Shown: positions 50,001 through 60,542 of the stretch, in pieces | How positions within the stretch are numbered: the stretch's first letter is position 1 | Layout of the letters: each line of letters starts with the position of its first letter | NCBI GenBank assembly: GCA_030390025.1 | Contig: CM059432.1 | Coordinates: forward strand, 149,236,001 to 149,300,000 | Direction of reading: 5' to 3' | Source: Squalus acanthias | Lineage: Eukaryota | DNA: 64,000 nucleotides | The notes under the pieces: model-generated | Told to the model about the DNA's origin: nothing | Databases searched by the model: none | Seen by the model: the letters and a program-made list of their open reading frames with translations, nothing else | Program-made: the position numbers and the translations under genes

Positions 50001-50858
50001 GAGACTGAGATGGAACAGGTGATGTGGAGAGTGTGAGCTGGACCAGGTGATGTGGAGACTGAGATGGAACAGGTGATGTGGAGAGTGTGAGCTGGACCAG
50101 GTGATGTGGAGACTGAGATGGAACAGGTGATGTGGAGACTGAGATGGAACAGGTGATGTGGAGACTGAGATGGAACAGGTGATGTGGAGAGTGTGAGCTG
50201 GACCAGGTGATGTGGAGACTGAGATGGAACAGGTGATGTGGAGAGTGTGAGCTGGACCAGGTGATGTGGAGAGTGTGAGCTGGACCAGGTGATGTGGAGA
50301 CTGAGATGGAACAGGTGATGTGGAGACTGAGATGGAACAGGTGATGTGGAGAGTGTGAGCTGGACCAGGTGATGTGGAGACTGAGATGGAACAGGTGATG
50401 TGGAGAGTGTGAGCTGGACCAGGTGATGTGGAGACTGAGATGGAACAGGTGATGTGGAGAGTGTGAGCTGGACCAGGTGATGTGGAGACTGAGCTGGACC
50501 AGGTGATGTGGAGAGTGTGAGCTGGACCAGGTGATGTGGAGACTGAGATGGAACAGGTGATGTGGAGAGTGTGAGATGGACCAGGTGATGTGGAGAGTGT
50601 GAGCTGGACCAGGTGATGTGGAGAGTGTGAGCTGGACCAGGTGATGTGGAGAGTGTGAGCTGGACCAGGTGATGTGGAGACTGAGATGGACCAGGTGATG
50701 TGGAGAGTGAGATGGACCAGGTGATGTGGAGAGTGAGATGGACCAGGTGATGTGGAGAGTGAGCTGGAACAGGTGATGTGGAGAGTGTGAGCTGGAACAG
50801 GTGATGTGGAGAGTGTGAGATGGACCAGGTGATGTGGAGACTGAGATGGAACAGGTGA
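47096..50858. repeat. 3.76-kb minisatellite, 26/28-bp units, about 140 copies
   Basis: ga[gt|ct|gtgt]gag[c|a]tgga[c|a]caggtgatgtgga units. Confidence 0.98.
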
Positions 50859-51126
50859 CAGTCTTCTCCCTGCAATATTTTTCTTTTGAATTTGAAGGTG
50901 TACAGATCTAAGAACTGAGAGAGAAACACAGGCTCCACATGAGGGAAACAGAAAATCCAGTTAATTCCATGTGTACGAGTTGCAAGCGAGTTGGACTTCC
51001 TTCTGAGCCAATAATCTGGATATTTAATGTTCCACTGTGTATTGCTCCCCCTGTAATAAACTGAAGTGGCACACTGTCATCAATGGGGATTCCCACTGCC
51101 CATTCCCTTTTACCAACTGGTAAGCA

Positions 51127-51508
51127 TAGAACATAGAAAAATAGAAAAATATGAGGAGTAGGCCATTCGGCCCTTCGAGCCTGCTCTGCCATTCAATATG
51201 ATCATGGCTGATCCTCTATCTCAATACCATATTCCCGCTCTCTCCCCATACCCCTTGACGCCTTTTGTGTCTAGAAATCTATCTATCTCCTTCTTAAATA
51301 TATTCAGTGACTTGGCCTCCACAGCCTTCTGTGGTAGAGAATTCCACAGGTTCACCACCCTCTGAGTGAAGAAATTTCTCCTCATCTCAGTCCTAAATGT
51401 CCTACCCCATATCCTGAGACTGTAACCCCTCGTTCTAGACTCCCCAGCCAGGGGAAACATCCTCCCTGCATCCAGTCTGTCTAGCCCGGTCAGAATTTTA
51501 TACGTTTA
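51127..51508 (-). mobile_element. CR1 3' fragment
   Basis: ORF 51221-51460 MFPLAGESRTRG...RRNFFTQRVVNLWNSLP plus tail. Confidence 0.88.
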
Positions 51509-52257
51509 AAAAGCAGTTTAAAAAAAAAAATTGGCTTTAGAGATTGACTTGTAAGGAGCTGCTGTAAACCGAGATTACATGTTGTGCCAGAATAACAGTT
51601 TTTAGAAAAGGAAGGAATTTGCATTCATCATTTCCCACAGATGCCTCATAGAGCTATGGATCACGATCTGAAATGTAGGCACTGGGTTATGTGGGCAAAT
51701 GCAGCAGACACATTTCCCTTTGTGAATTTGGGCAAAGACAATGGATTAAAAGTAGCCCAACTGTAGCTGCTCTTCGAGGGGAAGATTACTGCCAGTAAGG
51801 TCATTGCTGGAGCAGCCAATTTCTGGTGGGGACTGAGTGTTCTTTCAATGTTTACCAAAATTGCAGCAGGATTCACAGTAATTAAAAGTAGATAAACAAC
51901 TTATGGGGATGATTTCCTCTTGTTGCTCGAGGGTAAATTTCACTCACTCCTGGTGTCGAGCTTCTTTGCTTGGCAGACAATCGTGCGCAGAGGCCAGTGC
52001 GCCCAAATTGTGGCCGTCCTCATTTTTCATTCATTAAAATCAATCATTGGAAAATCGATATTGCCACAAATCAGGCACCTCTGCACCCAAACTCCTGAAA
52101 CATGCTATGGGAAATGGAAAGATGCAAATAAAGCATCTTCCAGTAAGGAAAAAAGGGCATGCATCGAAGGTTCCATAGATAACTAGGGAGATTAGATTAA
52201 ATTTGAATCCAAATGAAGCAGCATTTACCAATTGCAGGGGTAGATAATAAAAATAAA

Positions 52258-53228
52258 ATCATAGACTCACAGAATGGTTACGGCACGGAAGGAGGCCATT
52301 TGGCCCATCGAGCCCGTGCCGGCTCTCTGCAAGAGCACTTCAGCTAGTCCCACTCCCCCGCCCTTTCCCCGTAGCCCTGCAATTTCTTCCCTTCAGGTAC
52401 TTATCCAACTCCCTTTTGAAAGCCACGATTGAGTCTGTCTCCACCACCCTCTCAGGCAGTGCATTCCAGATCCTAACCACTCGCTGCGTAACATTTTTTT
52501 TCCTCATGTCACCTTTGGTTCTTCTGCCAATCACCTTAAACCTGTGTCTCTGGTTCTCGGCCCTTCCACCAATAGGAACAGTTTCTCTCTATCTACGCTA
52601 AACCCCTCATGATTTTGAACACCTCTATCAAATCTCCCCTCAACTCTAAGGAGAACAACCCCAGCTTCTCCAGTCTATCGACGTAACTGAAGTCTCTCAT
52701 CCCTGGAATCATTCTTTTAAATCTTTTCTGCACCCTCTCTAAGGCCTTCACATCCTTCCTAAAGTGCGGTGCCCAGAATTGGACAATACTCCAGTTGAGG
52801 CCAAAACAGTGTTTTATAAAGGTTCATCATAACTTCCTTGCTTTTGTAATCTATGCCAGTATTTATGAAGCCCAGGATCCTGTATGCTTTTTTTAACCAC
52901 TTTCTCAATCTGCCTTGCCACCTTCAACGATTTGTGCACATATACCCCCAGTTCTCTCTGTTCATACACCCCCTTTAGGATTGTACCCTTTAGTTTGTAT
53001 TGCCTCTCCTTATTCTTCCTACCAAAATGCATCACTTCACACTTTTCTGTGTTAAATTTCATCTGCCACGTGTCCGCCCATTCCACGAGCCTGTCTATGT
53101 CCTCTTGAAGTCTATCACTATCCTCCTCACTGTTCACTATACTTCCAAGTTTTGTGTCATCTGCAAATTTAGAAATTGTGCCCTGTACACCCAAGTCTAA
53201 GTCATTAATATATATCAAGAAAAGCAGT
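52258..53228 (-). mobile_element. 5'-truncated CR1
   Basis: [14 protein letters not shown]; same subfamily as 40316-41706. Confidence 0.88.
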
Positions 53229-53757
53229 GTGCAGCAAACAGAGATTAGAGGAAAACTACAAAAATTGAGCACAGAAAGACTATGAGGGAGTAGAAGAGAA
53301 AAATGAACAAAGAACACATAAAACAATAATAACTTGTATGAGGCGGATAGTGAGGGTAGGGTTAGCGCCACCGAGAGGCAAAGGAACAGCAGAGACATGA
53401 CTGTTCTTGAGGCACAGTCCATTCATTCTTTTAAAAGGGAGTTAAATAGTTGCTTGACAAAGAGGAACATTACAGCGACACGGGGAGCGAGTGAGGAGAG
53501 TGAGACAAGGCTTGGGGCTCACGTGAGGAACAACAGCAGCGCAGACTGAACAGGCCAAACAGCCCATTTCTGTGCTGGAACATTCTACGAGTCGAACAGC
53601 ACGAACAAACATGGGGAGATTTTGAATGATCAGTAGTTCTAATTAAAATCATACACCTGTTCAGAGAGAACAATTTTATGATCTCGCTAGAAATACAGAT
53701 CGGAGAAAAAGCTGGCCATGTTTATTTGGAGCGCTGGCTGGAAGCAGCAAAACTGAC

Positions 53758-53911
53758 CTGAGTGAAATAGGTTCTGGAGGAGTTGGCGCCGAGCAGCTTG
53801 CTCTCGACATGTTGCTGCACACTCTCGATGATACTGTCCTCGTGCAGAAAGTGTACTTCGTGCTTGGTGGGATGGACATTCACGTCTACATTCTGTGGCA
53901 ATATTTCAAGG
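53758..53911 (-). CDS. MLH1: MLH1 exon 11 equivalent
   Basis: tttaag|CCTTGAA...ACTCAG|gtcagt; 154 nt, phase 2->0; [51 protein letters not shown]. Confidence 0.97.
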
Positions 53912-54000
53912 CTTAAAGAAAAAAAAAAGATCGGTCCTGAACATTGCAAAGAGAGCGAGAATAGCTGGACAGAATGTCCGTCTGGGTCTACCACACTTAC

Positions 54001-54094
54001 CTCAGATACAGGAAGGGGTGTGTATTTTTGGGAAGGTAGGCCACATAGACAGTTTCAATCGCTTTCCGTAAAGCACTAGATTCCACCAAGCGAT
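54001..54094 (-). CDS. MLH1: MLH1 exon 10 equivalent; upstream exons not seen in the window
   Basis: ttgaag|ATCGCTTG...CTGAG|gtaagt; 94 nt, phase 1->2; [30 protein letters not shown]. Confidence 0.96.
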
Positions 54095-54439
54095 CTTCAA
54101 AATAAAAGGAAAGAAAAAATCAATGCCAAGTTAGCGAACAATTCCTTTAGGTACATTTGAATATTTAAACTGTACGGCAGAACTACATTCAACTGCAGCA
54201 AGGACAGAAGTCAGCCTTGCACCAATCACAGCAAGTAGCTCTCTCTTCCTGAAGATGGGTAGGAGAGAAAAGAAACCTGGGTAAAACTGAAAGGCCAGTC
54301 TAAACTAGTTAGACATGAACTCTGTGATCACCATACGCCAGATAGATAATTTTACTAAACTGTGCTCCAGACACGGAGCCTGGAGTGGTTTCTAATGAAT
54401 GGAATAAAGTGGGATTCATGCACCCAAATTCATGATATG

Positions 54440-54785
54440 AGAACATAAGAAATAGGAGCAGGAATAGGCCACTTGGCTGATCTTGGGCTCAAAGCCACTT
54501 CCCTGCCCGCTCCCCATAACCCTTCACTCCCTTAGCTTGCAAAATCTGTCTATCTCCACCTTAAATGTATTTAATAACCCAGCCTCCACAGCTCTCTGGA
54601 GCAGAGAATTCCACAGATTTACGACCCTCTGAGAGAAGAAATTCCTCCTCATCTCAGTTCTAAAAGGGCGACCCTTTATTCTGAAACTGTGCCCCCGAGT
54701 TCTAGATTTCCCCACGAGGGGAAACATCCTCTCTGCATCTACCTTGTCGAGCCCCCTCAGTATCTTATATGTTTCAATAAGATAT
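54440..54785 (-). mobile_element. CR1 3' fragment
   Basis: LIETYKILRG...RNFFSQRVVNLWNS plus tail. Confidence 0.85.
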
Positions 54786-54856
54786 ACGCTCCCAGCGAGT
54801 GAGGCTCTCTGCTTGAAGCACCAATTGGTAAAATAACACCTTCCATCTGAGATACA

Positions 54857-56742
54857 CATAAGAACATAAGAATTAGGAGCAGGAGTGGGCTATACGGCCC
54901 CTCGAACCTGCCCCGCCATTCAATAAGATCATGACTGATCTTCTACCTCAACTCCACTTTCCCACCCGTTCTCCATACCCCTAGAGTCCAACAATCTATC
55001 GATCACAGCCTTGAATATACTCAACTATTCAGCATCCCCAGTCCTCTGGGGTAGAGAATTGCCAATAAAGGCCAACATGCCATTGGCCTTCCTAATTGTT
55101 AACTGTACCTGCAGGCTAACTCTGTGTTTAACAAATTTATTAGAGTTCTTTGAGGATGTAACTAGCAGGACACCTAAATCTCTCTGAACACCAACATTTA
55201 ATCGTTCTCAACATTTAAAAAATATTCTGTTTTTCTATTCTTCCTACCAAAGTGAATAGCCTCACATTATACTCCACCTGCCACCTCATTGCCCACTCAC
55301 TTCACCTGTCTATATCCCTTTGCAGACTCTTTGGGCTGGATTGTGTCAATGGGGACGTGATGGAGGCGGGACTCCCACTTTTTGGGTTGCAGTCCCGCCT
55401 CCATCGACTTGTGGCCAACCCACTGCATTTTCCCTTGATTGACCTTGTTAAGCCCGCCCAGCGGGCTCAGCAGGCCAATCAAGGGTCCCTTTGGATACAG
55501 GTGACGTCAGCCATTGAAATTTCATCTGTCAAGAGCTTTTGACATGAAATTTCAGCGTTTGACAGCTCTGTGAAGCTGTCAAACACGGACAATATGATTT
55601 CTAACGTGAGTCCCTGTACTTAGACTCAGTTAGAAATCAATCCAGCACAGAAAGCAGAGACTGCAGCTTTTGACAGCTCCGCGGCCATTCTGCTTTCTGT
55701 GCCGGTGAGCTGAGGGACTCCCGAGAACTGAAGGAAGGAAGCCTGCAGGACAAAGTTAAGGTAAGTACAAGTTCTTAAAACACTTTACACACACCAAACA
55801 CACTTACCTCTGCACTCATGCACCCATCACTCACCTGCACACCGGACATCTCGACCCCTCCAAGCCCTCCAGACCGAGGGTCCGCCTCGCTAAATCAGCA
55901 TGGTTTGGACCTGTCGGGAAGCCCACACTTCAGGGCTAAAAATAGGGATTCGGCAAAAAACTGCCTGTTAACTACCTGTTAACAGGCAGTTTATTGGCAC
56001 TAATCCCCTTCCCGCCTCGGGGAAGCGGGTCCCAGCACAGGTCGGGTACCCGCCTCCTGGGAAACTGGCATGGAGGCGGGTTGGGGGTGGGATGGGTTCG
56101 GGACCCCCGAATCTGCTATTTTCCCACCACTCCCGCCTCCAAACCCGCCTCCACGGGTCAATGAAAATTCTGCCCTTTGTGTCTTCCTCACAGCCCACTG
56201 TCCCACCTAGCTTTGTATCATCAGCAAACTTGGATACATTACACTCGATCCCTTCATCTAGGTCATTAATATAGATTGTAAACAGCTGAGACCCAAGCAC
56301 TGATCCTTGCAGCAACCCACGAGTTACAGCCTGCCAACCGGAAAATGACCTGTTTATTCCTACTCTCTGTTTTCTGTCCATTAACCAATCCTCTATCCAT
56401 GCTAATATATTACCCCCAACCCCATGAGCCCTTATCTTGCGTAGCAACCTTTTATGTGGCACCTTAATCGAATGCCTTTTGGAATTCAAAATATAATACA
56501 TCCACTGGTTCCCCTTTATCTACCCTGCTAGTTACATCCTCAAAGAACTCTAATAAATTTGTTGAACACGATTTCCCTTTCGTAAAGCCATGCTGACTCT
56601 GCCTCATCATATTATGATTTTCTAAGTGGCCTGTTGCCACTTCCTTAATAATGGATTCCAGCATTTTCCCGGTGACTGATGTCAGGCTGATTGGCCCGTA
56701 GTTCCCCGTTTTCTCTCTCCACCTTTTCTTGAATAGCGGGGT
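54857..56742 (-). mobile_element. Rearranged CR1 ORF2 fragment hosting a MITE
   Basis: ORFs 56464-56664 and 55968-56501 (RT); tail at 54857. Confidence 0.8.
55333..56175. mobile_element. Non-autonomous DNA transposon (PIF/Harbinger-like MITE), 843 bp
   Basis: Imperfect TIRs gggctggatt...tggaggcggg / cccgcctcca...aattctgccc; 3-bp TSD ttt; cleanly interrupts CR1 cagactc-ttt-gtgtc. Confidence 0.7.
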
Positions 56743-57368
56743 TATACGCAGCTGAAGAGGGGCACGGAAGGGAAGTCCTAAAATATACAGCTTAAAAACT
56801 GATCAGGTGCGCGAGGGCCTGTGGACCCTGCTACTTCTAGAAATGTGTTCATAAAATGTTCTCAGTGAATGTCTTGTCAACCCACAGGGAAACTGGAGGC
56901 AATAGTTCGTAGGGAGGAGCCAGGGATAACGGAAACATGGCTTAATAAAGAACTGGACTGGTAGTTAAATACTGCAGGATGTAACATATTTAGAAAGGAT
57001 AGGATCGGGAAGGAAGGGGTGGAATAGCTGTACTAATTAGAGATAACATAATGGCAGTGGAAAAAAGGGACAGAACTCACATTAAGATAGAAACAGAATC
57101 CATATGAAACAAACGATAAGAAAGGATCGATCACGTTCGTAGGGGTATTCTACAGACCACCTAATAGTGGAAGGAAGGTGAGGAAAAAATATGTAGGCAG
57201 ATCTATGAAATGAGTAAAAGACATAGAATAATAATCATGGGAGATTTCAACTACCCAAATAAACTGGCAAGAAGAGGTAGTGAAAGGGGAAAAGGGAATG
57301 GAGTTTTTACAGTGTGTTCAGGACCCCTTTCTTACCTAATATGCAAGAAGCCGAACAAGAGAGGATCA

Positions 57369-57575
57369 CTGGAAACACTCAGCAGGTCAGGCAGCATCCA
57401 CGGAGAGAGAAACAGAGTTAACGTTTCAGGTCGGAGACCGTTGTGAAGAAGGGTCCCAGACCCGAAACGTTAACTCTGTTTCTCTCTCCGCGGATGCTGC
57501 CTGGCCTGCTGAGTGTTTCCAGCATTTTCTGTTGTTATTTCAGATTTCCAGCATCCTGCAGTATTTTGCTATTGT
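57369..57575 (+). mobile_element. Palindromic Penelope-derived non-autonomous element
   Basis: 59-bp inverted arms 57369-57427 and 57464-57522; degenerate hammerhead core gtgaaga-agggtc-cca-gaccc-gaaa-cgtt; flanking direct repeat aaga[g/t]aggatcact. Confidence 0.7.
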
Positions 57576-57817
57576 AAGATAGGATCACTATTGGATCTAG
57601 TAATGGGAACTGATCCGGAATAGATCAGAGAAGTATGTGCAGGGGAACATGTGGCAACTGCAATTATAACGTATAAGATTTAAAACAATGACTGAGAAAA
57701 ACACAAGTAAAACAAAGACCAAAGAAATCGACTGGAAAAAAGCTCATTTGGAGGGGATGAGAATGGAACTAGAGAAGGTAAACTGGAAAAAAAAATTGAT
57801 AAAACAGCAATGGGTAA

Positions 57818-58046
57818 TGACATAAGAAAACTACTAGGCACTTGGTCTAAGCGTTTAAACAAAGCTTTAATCAACTGTTTTACAACATGGAGGTCTAGTT
57901 GTGTCCTTCACTAGTTCCTGTTAAGAATGTCCTGCACAAGCTGGGCCCGTGCCCGAGTATTTATACTCTCCCTGGACAGCGCCACCCGCAGGCCACTCAG
58001 TATTATTTCATAAGTCATTTCCACATGAATGACAAGATTCATGTCA
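57818..58046 (-). mobile_element. Solo LTR, 229 bp
   Basis: tgaca...tgtca termini; 5-bp TSD ggtaa; TATAAATA and ATTAAA on the minus strand; CR1 host is restored on removal. Confidence 0.75.
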
Positions 58047-58349
58047 GGTAATATTTAAAACGGTGATCAATAGCGTTCAGGAGAAATTTATTCCACTAAA
58101 AAACAAGAACAAACTAGCCCATAATGAGACACCATGGATGAATAAAGAGATAAGGGTAAAATTGAAACTAAGAAAAAGGCAGACACTGAGTACATAGACA
58201 GTAAAGAGGCTGACAAAAGAGAATATGAAGAGGTTAGGAAATAAGTAAAAAAAAATAGGAAAGCAAACAGTAACTACAAAATAAAGTTATTGAGGAATAT
58301 AAAAAGAAACTAAATTATTCTACAAACACACAAATAACTAAAGAATTTC

Positions 58350-60542
58350 CTGGAGCGCACCCTCCAGGCGGTGATCACCCCGCAGATACAGACAGTTCAG
58401 GAGAATAGTAAGTGGGTGGCCATCCGATGGGATAGGAAGAGGCAGGCAGTGCAGGAATCCTCCCGGAGCGCGGCACTCTCAAACCGTTTTCAGCATTGAA
58501 TACCAGTGAAGGTGCCGACACCTCAGGGGAGTGCAGTCTTGAACACATCCACGGCACTGTGGGGCAAATGACTGCACAGGGGGGACACAACAAAGTGTGG
58601 AAACACAGCGGTCATAGGGAATTCAATAATCAGGGAGAGAGACAGGCGGTTCTGCAACCGCTGACCTGAGTCCCACATGGTGTGTTGCCTCCCTGATACC
58701 AGGGTGAAGGACATCACCGAGAGGGTGCAGGAAGGGGAACAGCCAGAGATCTGGTGGTCCATGTCGGAACCAATGACATATGAAGGAAAAGGGGATCTCA
58801 TTGAAGCATACAAAATTATTACAAGGCTTGATAGGGTGGATGCTGGGAGAATGTTTCTCTTGGCTGGGGAGTCTAGAACCAGGGGCCACAGCCTCAGGAT
58901 AATGGGTAGGCCATTCAGGACTGAGATGAGAAGAAATTTCTTCACACAGAGGGTGGTGAATCTTTGGAATTCTCTACCCCAGAGGGCTGTGGAGGCTCAG
59001 TCATTGGGTATATTCAAAACAGAAGTCGATAGATTTCTGACTAGTAAGGGCATCAAGGGATATGGCGATAGGGCCGGTGAATGGAGTACAGGTAGAAGAT
59101 CAGCCATGATCTCATTGAATGGCGGAGCAGGCTCGAAGGGCCGAATGGCCGACTCCTGCTCCTATTTCTTATGTTCTTATGAAAAGGGTTGAGGTCCTGC
59201 AGTAGAGTTTCAGGAGCTCGGGAGGAAGTTCAAAAAAAGCAGGACCTCAGAAGGTAGTAATCCCAGTGCCACATGTAGGAGGTGAGGAATAGTCGGATAA
59301 AACAGATTAACACGTGGCTGGAGACATGGTGGAGGAGGGAGCGCTTCAGATTCCTGGGGCATTGGGATCAGTTCTGGCGCAGGAGGGACTTGTTCAAGGT
59401 GGACGGGTTGCATCTCAACAGAGCTGGGACCAATGTCGTCACGGGATGGCTAACCAGTGCTGTGGGGGAGGGTTTAAACTAATTTGGCAGAGGATGGGCA
59501 CCAGGGCGAAACAGTAGAGAGGAGGAACAAGGTGCACAGAGGACTGGGAAGGGCAAATAGCACCCGAGTAAAGAAATAGGAGGGATCAGACGGGGGGCGC
59601 AAATGCGAAGCAGCTTAAGATGGGTTTGGAGTACATGCACATAAATGCAAGGAGCGTGGTAAATAGGTTGGTGAGCTGCAGGTGCAAGGCGTCACATGGA
59701 ACTATGATATAGTGACAGTAACAGAGACGTGGCTCAAAGAAGGGGAGGATTGGGAACTTAATATTCCTGGCTTCAGGTTAATCAGGGAAGATCGGGGAGG
59801 AAAAAAATCAGGGGGGTGGGGGGGGGGATGGCAGTGTTGATCAAAGAAACTATTGTAGCACTGGCGAGGGATGATGTAGTTGAGGGGCCAAGGACAGAGT
59901 CTATTTGGTTACAATTAAGGAATAACAGAGGAGCTACTGCACTACTGGGTGTATACTATAGGCCACCAAATAGTGGGAAGGAGATAGAGGAGAAAATTTG
60001 CAGGCAAATTACAGAAAGTTGCAAGAACCACAGAGTAGTGATAATGGGGGACTTCAATTATCCTAATATAGACTGGGATAGTAACAGTATAAAGGGCAGT
60101 GCTGGAACTAGTCTGGGGAATGAAGTGGGGCAAGTGGAGCATGTTTCAGTGGGATAACATTTGGGGAACAGTGATCATAATATCAGGTTTAGAATATTTA
60201 TGGAAAAGGACAAGGTGCAATCAAACGTAAAAATACTTTAACTGGAGGAGGGCTAACTTCAGTGAGTTGGAAAAGGATCTGGCCCAGGTAGATTGGAATC
60301 AAAAATTGGTCGGCAAAACAGAGATGGTTCAGGTAGAGAGTAGACAAATTCCCACAAGGGGAAAAGGAAGGGTATCCAAAGCTAGAGCTCCCTGGATGAC
60401 TGAAGATAGAGAGGTTAAAATGAGACAGAAAAAGGAGGCTGATGACAATTGAAAGGTTCACAATATAGTAGAGAACGAAGCTGAATATAGAAAGTACAAA
60501 GGAGATCCAAAAAAGGGAATAAGAGGAACAAAGAGAGAGTAT
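58350..60542 (+). mobile_element. Degenerate CR1 (ORF1 esterase + APE), 3'-truncated
   Basis: VCCLP, HVGTND, DGLHLNR, YYRPPNS, VIMGDFNYP. Confidence 0.8.
58794..59180 (+). mobile_element. CR1 3' fragment nested in ORF1
   Basis: Flanked by gaaaaggg at 58786-58793 and 59181-59188; very similar to 62740-63125. Confidence 0.85.

Larger units (their letters stand above)
56860..58345 (+). mobile_element. Degenerate CR1 APE region with two nested insertions
   Basis: IIIMGDFNYP and TPWMN-type remnants; same family as 35400-39380. Confidence 0.75.

Noticed and set aside
47012..50938. 1308-aa His/Ser/Pro-rich ORF
   Set aside because: Translation of the minisatellite, whose minus strand lacks stop codons in any frame; 26/28-bp units ignore codon phase; intronic
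24407..54094. MLH1 as a decayed pseudogene
   Set aside because: Nine of ten exons have intact frames, splice sites and conserved residues; one indel is not enough
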